IMG/VR virus record: IMGVR_UViG_3300032289_000612
Span: 1-43,256 of that record
Source: a virus
Taxonomy: Duplodnaviria; Caudoviricetes
Length of the DNA: 43,256 bases
Direction: 5' to 3' (one strand)
Shown here: piece after piece, positions 18,740 to 26,180 of the stretch
Numbering within the stretch: the first letter of the stretch is position 1
Layout: the number at the start of each line of letters is the position of its first letter
Notes under the pieces: generated by a model
Databases searched by the model: none
Told to the model about the DNA's origin: nothing
What the model saw: the letters and a program-made list of their open reading frames with translations, nothing else
Program-made: the position numbers and the translations under genes

Positions 18740-18883
18740 ATGACACTAGATGAATTCAGAGAATACCAGCAAGCCCAATACGCTAAACAGCGTGAGGCTA
18801 ACAAGGCTAAGATAGAGGCTATGTTCTCTACTACTAACCGCTCTCTAAATAACGATTACCTACTAGCGAAAGAAGAAAACTAA
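18740..18883 (+). CDS. Early microprotein (47 aa)
   Basis: Manual translation MTLDEFREYQ...; TAATG coupling to the next gene. Confidence 0.7.
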   Translation: MTLDEFREYQQAQYAKQREANKAKIEAMFSTTNRSLNNDYLLAKEEN

Positions 18884-19050
18884 TGACTATCACTTACTCA
18901 ATTTGGCAAGGCTCTCGCCTACTATCTATCGACAATGTAGCGAATGAGGTAAAGGCTATTGACCACCTAATCGCATCACTTAACGATAGCGAACTAGGAA
19001 AGAAACTAAAGTTCTCCGCTAACATTCAAAAGATTGAGGTAGGTAAGTAA
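18883..19050 (+). CDS. Early microprotein (55 aa)
   Basis: Manual translation MTITYSIWQG... Confidence 0.7.
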   Translation: MTITYSIWQGSRLLSIDNVANEVKAIDHLIASLNDSELGKKLKFSANIQKIEVGK

Positions 19051-19236
19051 ATGACTAAATGGGATACTATTCAAGCAGATGTTGCAGACCAATACGCACA
19101 CCTAGATGAAGAAGAGGCACTTATGGAATGGTTAGGAGAAGAGGACGACATGTTTGGATTTACTAAGGCTATTGAGATTGACCACTTAACAGATGAACAA
19201 CTAGATGAAGTGTTTAACATGTTTGGAGATAAGTAA
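19051..19236 (+). CDS. Early acidic microprotein
   Basis: 61 aa, very D/E rich. Confidence 0.7.
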   Translation: MTKWDTIQADVADQYAHLDEEEALMEWLGEEDDMFGFTKAIEIDHLTDEQLDEVFNMFGDK

Positions 19237-19391
19237 TGATTACTAGTGGAGTACAACTACAACTAAATGACTATGGTTTAGAGTTTGATAGTTTCTTAGG
19301 GGCTATCTATTTACCTTGGCATAGTATTGCTATTGCTACCGCCGTCCTAATTGCATACAAGATCTACAAGGTAAGGCGAGACAAATGGTAG
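19236..19391 (+). CDS. Early membrane microprotein (51 aa)
   Basis: Manual translation; one TM helix followed by a basic tail. Confidence 0.6.
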   Translation: MITSGVQLQLNDYGLEFDSFLGAIYLPWHSIAIATAVLIAYKIYKVRRDKW

Positions 19392-19495
19392 TGATACTAT
19401 GCGCCATGATAGGCTTTGGTGTGGCGTATCTCATAGCTAACTAACGGCGTGTCCCCTTGACATTAGGGGGATCCGCCCCTATCTTTTGTGGGGGC

Positions 19496-19525
19496 TGTGG
19501 ATAACTTAAGAAGATCTGTGGAAAA
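19496..19525 (-). promoter_or_regulatory. Pair of DnaA boxes 21 bp apart
   Basis: TGTGGATAA (19496) and TGTGGAAAA (19517). Confidence 0.55.
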
Positions 19526-19537
19526 CCCCTGGAATTT

Positions 19538-19553
19538 TGTGAGATTTATCACA
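19538..19553. promoter_or_regulatory. CRP/GlxR-type palindrome
   Basis: TGTGA-GATTTA-TCACA. Confidence 0.7.
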
Positions 19554-19602
19554 TGTCTTGAGCGTCTCACATTGTGAAATTACTCGCTAGTAATTAGATA
19601 AA

Positions 19603-19624
19603 TGTCAGACCCCTCGTGTATAAT
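19603..19624 (+). promoter_or_regulatory. Early promoter, TGTCAG-N10-TATAAT
   Basis: Copy 3 of 13. Confidence 0.8.
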
Positions 19625-19658
19625 TCCATACATAACAACAAACGAAAGGTGACAACTA

Positions 19659-19868
19659 ATGTCAGCAAGAACTCTATCTATCCCGTCCCTACTAGTAGGA
19701 AAACACTATCGCTCACATTCTCGAAATGATGAGGGAACTATCGTTCATGCTGAAAAGCGTGACGGCATTTGGTACGGTGAAGGGCTTGAAGCCTATGTCG
19801 TACAGGTTAGCCCAACTCATGGCATAAATGATTTTTGGGCTACTGTTGCGGTTAAGGTGTCTGACTAA
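19659..19868 (+). CDS. Early hypothetical protein (SH3-like beta pattern)
   Basis: 69 aa; AACGAAAGG leader. Confidence 0.7.
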   Translation: MSARTLSIPSLLVGKHYRSHSRNDEGTIVHAEKRDGIWYGEGLEAYVVQVSPTHGINDFWATVAVKVSD

Positions 19869-19870
19869 TT

Positions 19871-19892
19871 TGTCAGACCCTTACGCTATAAT
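19871..19892 (+). promoter_or_regulatory. Early promoter, TGTCAG-N10-TATAAT
   Basis: Copy 4 of 13. Confidence 0.8.
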
Positions 19893-19926
19893 TTCAACCA
19901 TAACAACAACGAAAGGAAAACTAATA

Positions 19927-20070
19927 ATGGGAAACATTCTAGATGAACTAACTAATGTAACCGCTATCGAATGTGATGATTGCGGTGGTGCTGGATTTAT
20001 TTTCTTTGGCGATAACTATGATTTCGACATTGAACCTTGCGATTGCGTAATAGATGAGGAGTTAATTTAA
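19927..20070 (+). CDS. Early Zn-binding microprotein (CDDCGGAG...CDC)
   Basis: Start moved to MGNIL after the SD. Confidence 0.7.
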   Translation: MGNILDELTNVTAIECDDCGGAGFIFFGDNYDFDIEPCDCVIDEELI

Positions 20071-20273
20071 TGTACAGAGTTACTTGTGCCTATGATGGTT
20101 TTACACCACACTTTGCAGTTGAATTTGATAATGCGTTAGATGCTGTTAATTCTTACCGCAGTTTTATAGATTGGGGATTTGCTAATGAATACTCAACTGT
20201 AAATCTGTCAGAGCCTAATGGTAAAATGCATACCAAAACACTATACAGAACAGGAATGGTATCAGTTAAATGA
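20070..20273 (+). CDS. Early hypothetical protein
   Basis: 67 aa, coupled to neighbours. Confidence 0.7.
   Translation: MYRVTCAYDGFTPHFAVEFDNALDAVNSYRSFIDWGFANEYSTVNLSEPNGKMHTKTLYRTGMVSVK
20206..20227 (+). promoter_or_regulatory. Intragenic early promoter, TGTCAG-N10-TAAAAT
   Basis: Copy 5 of 13, inside a CDS. Confidence 0.55.
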
Positions 20274-20461
20274 TGACAAGAAAAGATTATGTGGCAGTAG
20301 CAGAAATTCTAAAGTTTGCTAGCGATAAATCTCATCCCGCTTTATTTTCTAAAATCGTAAATGATTTTGCTGTGATGTTTGCACAAGATAATCCACGATT
20401 TGATGTAAATCGTTTTCATGAAGCCAGTGGATACAATGTTCCAAAATTCACTACGAGATAA
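20270..20461 (+). CDS. Early hypothetical protein (TRKDY...DNPRFD family)
   Basis: 63 aa. Confidence 0.75.
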   Translation: MMTRKDYVAVAEILKFASDKSHPALFSKIVNDFAVMFAQDNPRFDVNRFHEASGYNVPKFTTR

Positions 20462-20570
20462 AGTAAAACGCATACAGGAATTGCGTCGCAGTAATGCGGC
20501 GCAACCTGTACGCAATAAAAAAAAATACACACGTAAAATAAAACATAAAAAGGATTCTGATCATGATTGA
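20436..20570 (+). CDS. Basic microprotein (44 aa, ...RNKKKYTRKIKHKK)
   Basis: Manual translation. Confidence 0.6.
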   Translation: MFQNSLRDKVKRIQELRRSNAAQPVRNKKKYTRKIKHKKDSDHD

Positions 20571-20655
20571 TTTGATTGCAACAATTATTTCTGTAATTGG
20601 TTTTGGAATTTTAGTAGCGCCATTTTATATCGCATTTAAAATATTTAAAGGTTGA
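20563..20655 (+). CDS. 30-aa membrane microprotein
   Basis: Manual translation MIDLIATIISVIGFGILVAPFYIAFKIFKG; AAGGA SD. Confidence 0.55.
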   Translation: MIDLIATIISVIGFGILVAPFYIAFKIFKG

Positions 20656-20730
20656 CAAAACTGCTAAGCTGCCCCCAAAAACGTGGGGGCAAAACTTCGC
20701 TTACGGCAAGCACCAAAACACCCTGGAAAT

Positions 20731-20746
20731 TGTGAGGTTTATCACA
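20731..20746. promoter_or_regulatory. CRP/GlxR-type palindrome
   Basis: TGTGA-GGTTTA-TCACA. Confidence 0.7.
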
Positions 20747-20773
20747 AAAGTTATGCGTAAATGAATTAGGTTA

Positions 20774-20795
20774 TGTCAGTGGCCTATGCTAAAAT
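20774..20795 (+). promoter_or_regulatory. Early promoter, TGTCAG-N10-TAAAAT
   Basis: Copy 6 of 13. Confidence 0.8.
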
Positions 20796-20824
20796 ACTCT
20801 TATCCAACCAACGAAAGGCAAAAA

Positions 20825-21028
20825 ATGCTAGTAGAACACAATCTAAAGTTTGTAACAGAGTTTGCAGACAATCACCCAGTAACGGCACAAATACTTAACA
20901 TGGACGAGAGTACTCGTATCTTTATGCTAGAGTCAATGCTAAAAGATTTAATTGCACCCCGCCTGCAACCAATTCTTGATGAGATTAACCTTAACGGGTC
21001 CTATGCAATTCTTAAGGTGGCAGAATAA
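20825..21028 (+). CDS. Early hypothetical protein
   Basis: Start moved to MLVEH after the SD. Confidence 0.7.
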   Translation: MLVEHNLKFVTEFADNHPVTAQILNMDESTRIFMLESMLKDLIAPRLQPILDEINLNGSYAILKVAE

Positions 21029-21304
21029 ATGGGATACTCAACAGCACAAGCACTTGTAGATGATTTATCACTAGAGGCAGGACTTGCTTATCACTTACAG
21101 GGTAATCATTACCCACCAGTTCCCGTCTCAATGGTGCAACCTTGCATAGATGCTATAGATGCGTTCTATGATGAGGAGTATAGTAGAGAAATTAATCTGC
21201 CTGAAGGTATCACTTGGAGAGGCCAGACTTCATGCCCAGCGTCTGCAATAGTAGATGCTCACCACTTAGATGCTTGGCTAGTACAGGAGGACTATGATGA
21301 GTAA
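21029..21304 (+). CDS. Early hypothetical protein (HLxGNHYPPVP family)
   Basis: 91 aa. Confidence 0.75.
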   Translation: MGYSTAQALVDDLSLEAGLAYHLQGNHYPPVPVSMVQPCIDAIDAFYDEEYSREINLPEGITWRGQTSCPASAIVDAHHLDAWLVQEDYDE

Positions 21305-21437
21305 TCTTTATTCTATCTTATCTGAGTGGTATCCTGATGGAAATTACAGCGAAGCTGAATTGTGGGACGCCGTTGCTGAGTCTGAAGGCGTAGATGTCTA
21401 TTCAATTATGGACGGCGATCTAACAGAATACTTGTGA
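21297..21437 (+). CDS. Early acidic microprotein (46 aa)
   Basis: Manual translation; GGAGG SD. Confidence 0.65.
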   Translation: MSNLYSILSEWYPDGNYSEAELWDAVAESEGVDVYSIMDGDLTEYL

Positions 21438-21448
21438 GGCAACTCACA
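21433..21448. promoter_or_regulatory. CRP/GlxR-type palindrome
   Basis: TGTGA-GGCAAC-TCACA. Confidence 0.7.
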
Positions 21449-21464
21449 CCAGGGGCTTGATAAA

Positions 21465-21486
21465 TGTCAGACCCTAATGCTACAAT
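21465..21486 (+). promoter_or_regulatory. Early promoter, TGTCAG-N10-TACAAT
   Basis: Copy 7 of 13. Confidence 0.8.
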
Positions 21487-21512
21487 AACACCCTAAACAG
21501 AAAGGAAGCAAA

Positions 21513-21689
21513 ATGACAGTAAATGGATACACTTACAAGGTTGGCGATTTATTCACCACTCTAAAGTCAAAGAAAACTGGAGTAATCAAGGAGATTATTC
21601 CTAACGCATCTGGCTCGGTGCGTGTGCTACTGGAAATGCCAACAAAGGAAACTCGTTGGACAACAGTTAGCAACGCAAACCTAGTATAA
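21513..21689 (+). CDS. Early microprotein (58 aa, YKVGDLF... SH3/KOW-like)
   Basis: Manual translation; GAAAGGA SD. Confidence 0.75.
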   Translation: MTVNGYTYKVGDLFTTLKSKKTGVIKEIIPNASGSVRVLLEMPTKETRWTTVSNANLV

Positions 21690-21711
21690 GGAAGTGGAGG
21701 GGTCGCAGAAA

Positions 21712-21733
21712 TGTCAGACCCCTCCGCTATAAT
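21712..21733 (+). promoter_or_regulatory. Early promoter, TGTCAG-N10-TATAAT
   Basis: Copy 8 of 13; embedded in the GGAGGGGTC/GACCCCTCC inverted repeat. Confidence 0.8.
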
Positions 21734-21769
21734 ACAACTAACCAAACCAACTAACGAAAGAGGAAACAA

Positions 21770-22192
21770 ATGGCTAGAGGAAAAGCAATCAGCGTTAAAA
21801 TCGCAACACCTAAAATCATCAAGGCACTAGAAACTCGCTTAGCGAAACTAGAACTTGATTGGACTAATCAAGAAAGCAACGAAGCAAAGTATGAAAAGTT
21901 ACGCAAGGCTTGGCAGAAAGAGATTTCTGACTACGCTATTGCCAACATCAAGAAGGCAGAAAACTTCCGTACCAACTATCGTTCATGGAACAATACTCTC
22001 AACATTGACTATGACCTAACAGTATCAGAGAAGGACTTGCCTAAAGAGCCTGAGAAGGACTACGAAGTTCTCCATCGCCACTCTTATTCAGAGATGAAGC
22101 AGGAACTAGAAAACGCAATCCGTATTCTCAAAATGACAGATGAGGAAACAGTTTCCACATCAACATACAACGCAGTAGCGCAGTATCTATAA
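21770..22192 (+). CDS. Early helical hypothetical protein
   Basis: 140 aa. Confidence 0.8.
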   Translation: MARGKAISVKIATPKIIKALETRLAKLELDWTNQESNEAKYEKLRKAWQKEISDYAIANIKKAENFRTNYRSWNNTLNIDYDLTVSEKDLPKEPEKDYEVLHRHSYSEMKQELENAIRILKMTDEETVSTSTYNAVAQYL

Positions 22193-22208
22193 TTCCTAAT
22201 AAGGAAAA

Positions 22209-22250
22209 TGTCCTGAGCATGACAACTAAAACTGCTCACACCTTCGGGTG
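22209..22250 (+). ncRNA. Pseudoknot + UNCG hairpin motif, copy 1
   Basis: TGTC-CTGAGCAT-GACA...AAAAC-TGCTCA-CACC(TTCG)GGTG. Confidence 0.65.
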
Positions 22251-22273
22251 TCCCTACTAACAAAGGTAATAAA

Positions 22274-22537
22274 ATGCGTAATCGTTTTAGAATTGAAATC
22301 TATGACGCTAACAAACTAAATGATTTAACTATCTACTCTGAGCAAGGCGTTGATAAGGAATACTTAACTGAATTAGTATTTTCTAATCTCCGCCGCTTTA
22401 ATGGTAAAGTAAGTGCTTATGTAGTTGATACGTTAAAGAAAAAGAAAACAACTGCAATGTTTATTAACGAAGACATTGTAAATAAAGTAAATAACAAAAC
22501 AAAAGTTATTACTGCTAAAGAGTTACACTTAGCATAG
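22274..22537 (+). CDS. Early hypothetical protein
   Basis: 87 aa. Confidence 0.75.
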   Translation: MRNRFRIEIYDANKLNDLTIYSEQGVDKEYLTELVFSNLRRFNGKVSAYVVDTLKKKKTTAMFINEDIVNKVNNKTKVITAKELHLA

Positions 22538-22543
22538 CACGTT

Positions 22544-22568
22544 GGGGCGGGACCTTTCTCCCCGCCCC
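22544..22568 (+). terminator. GC-rich hairpin after the gene
   Basis: GGGGCGGG-N9-CCCGCCCC; no U tract. Confidence 0.5.
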
Positions 22569-22593
22569 AGCTGCTGCCCCCATAGTTGCGGGG

Positions 22594-22623
22594 TTATCCA
22601 CAGCCTTACGGCAGTTATCCACA
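22594..22623 (+). promoter_or_regulatory. Pair of perfect DnaA boxes 21 bp apart
   Basis: TTATCCACA at 22594 and 22615. Confidence 0.65.
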
Positions 22624-22637
22624 ATGCCCTGAAAATT

Positions 22638-22653
22638 TGTGAGAATGATCACA
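22638..22653. promoter_or_regulatory. CRP/GlxR-type palindrome
   Basis: TGTGA-GAATGA-TCACA. Confidence 0.7.
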
Positions 22654-22690
22654 CCAAATTTGTCGACATAAGACTATCTAATCTTGTTAA

Positions 22691-22712
22691 TGTCAGCCTC
22701 CTATGTTATACT
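22691..22712 (+). promoter_or_regulatory. Early promoter, TGTCAG-N10-TATACT
   Basis: Copy 9 of 13. Confidence 0.8.
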
Positions 22713-22743
22713 CAGTTTAACAACCAATCGAAAGGAAATAAAA

Positions 22744-23748
22744 ATGGCTCATAATCTCGAAATGGAAAACGGCGAAGTTGCATTCGCTTTGCGTGGCGCA
22801 CCTGCATGGCACAATCTTGCAAATCGCATCTTTGCACAAGATGAGGAAGTTACAACGGCAACAATGCTTGAAGAAGCAAAGTTGGCAAATTGGAATGTTC
22901 GCTTATCTCCAATCACAAATCACATTGACGAATCATGGAATGATGTTTCAAATGCATCTTTGGTTATTCGTGACAACCCATTCAATAAGGGGACAGATGT
23001 TCTTGCTACTGTTGGCAAGCGATACAAGCCTGTACAAAATGAAGAATTGTTTGCATTTGCAGATGCAATTCATGATGCTAATGCAGACTGTCGCTGGGAA
23101 TCTGCTGGCTCATTGCGTAGCGGTAAAGTTGTATTTGGCACAGTGGACATTCCCCGCACAATGGTGCTTGACCCACAAGGTGCAAATGACGAAACCAAAT
23201 TGTATTTGATCGTTTGGACTTCACATGACGGCTCAGTTGCTGTTCAGGCAGCCGTTACTCCTGTTCGTGTTGTTTGCCAAAACACATTGAACCTTGCAAT
23301 GAAGAATGCTAAGCAATCTTTCAAGATTCGTCACACACAATCTGTTGAAGGTCGCATTCAGGTTGCTCGTGAAACTCTTGGACTTGCTCTAGGATACTTT
23401 GATGAATTTGAAAAAGAAGCGCAGGCTCTTTATTCTCAGTCAATTACTGATGCACAATTTTCACAGTTGATTCGCACAATCTATCCTAAGCCTGAGAAAG
23501 ATACAAAGGGCGCATTGACTAAGTGGGAAAACAAAGTTGTGTTGCTTGATGATTTGTATCATAACTCACCAACCAACTCTACAATCAAGGGCACAAAGTG
23601 GGGTGCGTTTAATGCGCTTACTGAGCGTTTGGATTACTACCGCACAGCCCGTGGCAATTCTGAATCACTAATGGCGGGCGCATCAGGATTTGACCCTGTT
23701 CTAACTGCTGAGAAAAACAAAATCAAGAAATTGGTTTCTGCTTTCTAA
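22744..23748 (+). CDS. DUF932 (phage/plasmid-like) family protein
   Basis: Start at MAHNLE; PAWH, Y.PVQN, ESAGSL, SHDGS, TPVRVVCQNTL, IRHT, GTKWGAFNALTE motifs. Confidence 0.88.
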   Translation: MAHNLEMENGEVAFALRGAPAWHNLANRIFAQDEEVTTATMLEEAKLANWNVRLSPITNHIDESWNDVSNASLVIRDNPFNKGTDVLATVGKRYKPVQNEELFAFADAIHDANADCRWESAGSLRSGKVVFGTVDIPRTMVLDPQGANDETKLYLIVWTSHDGSVAVQAAVTPVRVVCQNTLNLAMKNAKQSFKIRHTQSVEGRIQVARETLGLALGYFDEFEKEAQALYSQSITDAQFSQLIRTIYPKPEKDTKGALTKWENKVVLLDDLYHNSPTNSTIKGTKWGAFNALTERLDYYRTARGNSESLMAGASGFDPVLTAEKNKIKKLVSAF

Positions 23749-23754
23749 TAAATA

Positions 23755-23793
23755 AAATCCTGAGCATGATTTAAAACTGCTCACGCTACGGCG
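23755..23793 (+). ncRNA. Pseudoknot + UNCG hairpin motif, copy 2
   Basis: AAATC-CTGAGCAT-GATTT-AAAAC-TGCTCA-CGC(TACG)GCG. Confidence 0.65.
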
Positions 23794-23891
23794 TTTTGAT
23801 TTGACAAAGCTGCAGAGATGCCCCCAATTTTGAAGGCGGCGGGATCATGTTACGGACAATATAAAAAAAGCCCTGAAAAACTGTTGACATT

Positions 23892-23913
23892 TGTCAGTGG
23901 CTACCCCTATAAT
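23892..23913 (+). promoter_or_regulatory. Early promoter, TGTCAG-N10-TATAAT (also TTGACA at 18-bp spacing)
   Basis: Copy 10 of 13. Confidence 0.82.
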
Positions 23914-23941
23914 AATGGCATCAACCAACGAAAGGAACAAT

Positions 23942-24595
23942 ATGCCAAACTGGGTATATAACGGATTAACTGTAGAAGGTAATCCAGATTCTGTAAAGAA
24001 AATGATGGCTCAATTAAATAAGCCATTTACACAAACACATGACTCATGGGATGTCAGCACTAATACATTCATGAAGAAGAATACTCTATATGCAGAGCCT
24101 ATCTTTGCATTTCACAATATCTATAACTATGTAGATGCAGGTATTAGTGAGGATGTATATCTTTCACAACCCGACCATTCCATCCCAATTCAAGAAGCAA
24201 TGAAGTGTCTTACTAATGATTGGTATAACTTTAATTGCCGTGAATGGGGAACAAAGTGGGATGTTGCCGTATCTGTAGGTGATAAGTATCCTGATACTAC
24301 AGTTGAAGATACTGCTAATGGCGATAACCATGTTGTGCATTACAACTTTAATACTGCTTGGTCTCGTCCAATGGGTGCATTAACTAAACTGTCTGCACAA
24401 TACCCTGACTTACTATTTACTTTATCATATGAGGAGGAAACAGGCTGGGGTGGGGAACTAGAAATTCTTCGTGGTGTAGTTATCTCAGAATCAGAATATG
24501 ACAACATGTGTCGTGAATGTGATGGCACAGATTGTGTTGAATATAATGATGAGAAGGGCGTAGACATATGCCAGAAGTGTGGGTATGAATCATGA
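23942..24595 (+). CDS. YubB/DUF1281-like ferredoxin-fold protein
   Basis: MPNW.YN, WY...WGTKWD, FNTAWS.P, YEEETG motifs; C-terminal CxxC...CxxC. Confidence 0.8.
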   Translation: MPNWVYNGLTVEGNPDSVKKMMAQLNKPFTQTHDSWDVSTNTFMKKNTLYAEPIFAFHNIYNYVDAGISEDVYLSQPDHSIPIQEAMKCLTNDWYNFNCREWGTKWDVAVSVGDKYPDTTVEDTANGDNHVVHYNFNTAWSRPMGALTKLSAQYPDLLFTLSYEEETGWGGELEILRGVVISESEYDNMCRECDGTDCVEYNDEKGVDICQKCGYES

Positions 24596-25206
24596 CAGAT
24601 TTAGTCTCATCTAAATATACATTTGTTTGCGATCCAAATGAATGTGATTCTTTAATCGAACTAACATCATCAGATGGATTTGGATTCCCATCTGGTGTGA
24701 CGGAGCTCACATGTCCATGTGGCCGTAAAACTACATTATTGTCAGTGGAGCATGCTACACTACCAACAACAAACCAAACGAAAGAGGAAAAAATGGAAAC
24801 AACAACAGATAACCACTACATGACAAGAGAATTTCTTGAGTCACAGTTAGTAGAAAACAAGGCACGTATCACACAGTTGGAAGAACATGTACAACGTGTG
24901 ACTCAGCGTGACTTCAGCACATCTGCAGAATTAAACAAGATGCGTGACAACATGAAAGAATTTACATTAGAAGCATTAGATGATGATTCTATTTCAGAAA
25001 GTCAAGCAGAGGAGATTGCAAGCATCTGTGGATTCGAACTAACAAACGAGTTTGAACTAGAAGTTACAGTTATGTATTCAATTACAGTTAATGCTCGTGA
25101 TGAAGAGTCTGCACATAACTTAATTCATGATATTGATTTTGATTCTGTATCTTATCCTGAAGGTGTAGATTATTTATCATCATCTGTAGATAGAATTGAG
25201 GGTTAA
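24592..25206 (+). CDS. Hypothetical protein with internal second start at 24793
   Basis: 204-aa frame; internal promoter + SD precede METTTDNH (24793). Confidence 0.7.
   Translation: MTDLVSSKYTFVCDPNECDSLIELTSSDGFGFPSGVTELTCPCGRKTTLLSVEHATLPTTNQTKEEKMETTTDNHYMTREFLESQLVENKARITQLEEHVQRVTQRDFSTSAELNKMRDNMKEFTLEALDDDSISESQAEEIASICGFELTNEFELEVTVMYSITVNARDEESAHNLIHDIDFDSVSYPEGVDYLSSSVDRIEG
24696..24711. promoter_or_regulatory. CRP/GlxR-type palindrome inside a CDS
   Basis: TGTGA-CGGAGC-TCACA. Confidence 0.6.
24740..24761 (+). promoter_or_regulatory. Intragenic early promoter, TGTCAG-N10-TACACT
   Basis: Copy 11 of 13; typical A/C leader and GAAAGAGG SD. Confidence 0.75.
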
Positions 25207-25418
25207 TGTATTTTGAACTTCGTGCACCAGACCAGTTGGCCATGGAGATGGCCTACTGGGATGCACAAATTACTGGCCTGGATCCTGAAGCAATGGATTC
25301 ATTGACATTCAACATTGGAACTGGTAGTATTGAGAAAGTAACACGACTTCGTGAAAAACATAACCTAGAACTAATTCATGAAAGCGATTCAGAACCAACG
25401 GGATATAGGAGAGATTAA
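25206..25418 (+). CDS. Hypothetical protein
   Basis: 70 aa. Confidence 0.7.
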   Translation: MYFELRAPDQLAMEMAYWDAQITGLDPEAMDSLTFNIGTGSIEKVTRLREKHNLELIHESDSEPTGYRRD

Positions 25419-25419
25419 A

Positions 25420-25569
25420 ATGGGCGACACATACCAAGATGGCTTTACAGATGGGGCACGCTGGGCTCGTGAGGAAATCACAGAGAAGTTGCGTGAAATT
25501 GATGTGATGGACATCGATTCTTGGTTACTAGATAAATTAGCAGACATGATTGAAGGTGGGCACCTATGA
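25420..25569 (+). CDS. Hypothetical protein
   Basis: Start at MGDTYQ after the GGAG SD. Confidence 0.65.
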   Translation: MGDTYQDGFTDGARWAREEITEKLREIDVMDIDSWLLDKLADMIEGGHL

Positions 25570-25775
25570 CCGAAGATCTAAATCGATGGATTGCTTGCGA
25601 TAAATGCGGCATTTCTGCCCAAGCTATGTGGTTAATTAAACTAGTTGAAGGTGAACTATATTTCTGTGGACACCACAAGAACAAATTCGAAGGGGCCCTA
25701 GACAAAGTGTCCTATGAGATGATAGAATTAAATAAAACCGAAGAAGTACCTACATTAGAAGAGGCGGAACTATAA
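25566..25775 (+). CDS. Zn-binding protein (CDKC...LYFCGHH), actinobacterial type
   Basis: 69 aa. Confidence 0.7.
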   Translation: MTEDLNRWIACDKCGISAQAMWLIKLVEGELYFCGHHKNKFEGALDKVSYEMIELNKTEEVPTLEEAEL

Positions 25776-26176
25776 TGGGAGACAGAGCAAACTTTGCATT
25801 CAAGCAATCAAACGGTGAAACAATTGTGTTGTACGGACACTGGGCTGGACACAACATGCTAGCAAATCTAGCAAGTGCTGTAGACACCGCCCGTGGACGT
25901 TGGGCAGATGAATCATATGCAACACGTATTTGTATTTCACAATTGGTTGGCGATGACTGGAATTCACAAACAGGCTGGGGCCTGCAGGTAAATTCAATTA
26001 GCGATAATGAACATAAGATTCCATTAATTGATTGGGCAACGCAAACGTTTAGTCTGCATGAGGAAGCGCCTTGGTCTGAGTCGACTGAGTACAAGGTCCG
26101 TGGGATGTTAGACATACCAATGTTTGAAATGTCCCTAGATAGTTTTGTAAAGAAATATTCACCAGCATTAGTTTAA
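25775..26176 (+). CDS. Hypothetical protein (MGDRA...LYGHW.G family)
   Basis: 133 aa. Confidence 0.75.
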   Translation: MGDRANFAFKQSNGETIVLYGHWAGHNMLANLASAVDTARGRWADESYATRICISQLVGDDWNSQTGWGLQVNSISDNEHKIPLIDWATQTFSLHEEAPWSESTEYKVRGMLDIPMFEMSLDSFVKKYSPALV

Positions 26177-26180
26177 ATAA

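Noticed and set aside
20760-20782. dif-like site (TTATGTCAG resembles the actinobacterial XerD arm)
   Set aside because: No XerC arm; explained by the TGTCAG promoter box
22209-22250. Hammerhead ribozyme
   Set aside because: Lacks the CUGAnGA...GAAA core and three-stem junction
22542-22754. 70-aa + ORF
   Set aside because: Spans terminator, DnaA boxes, CRP site and promoter; intergenic
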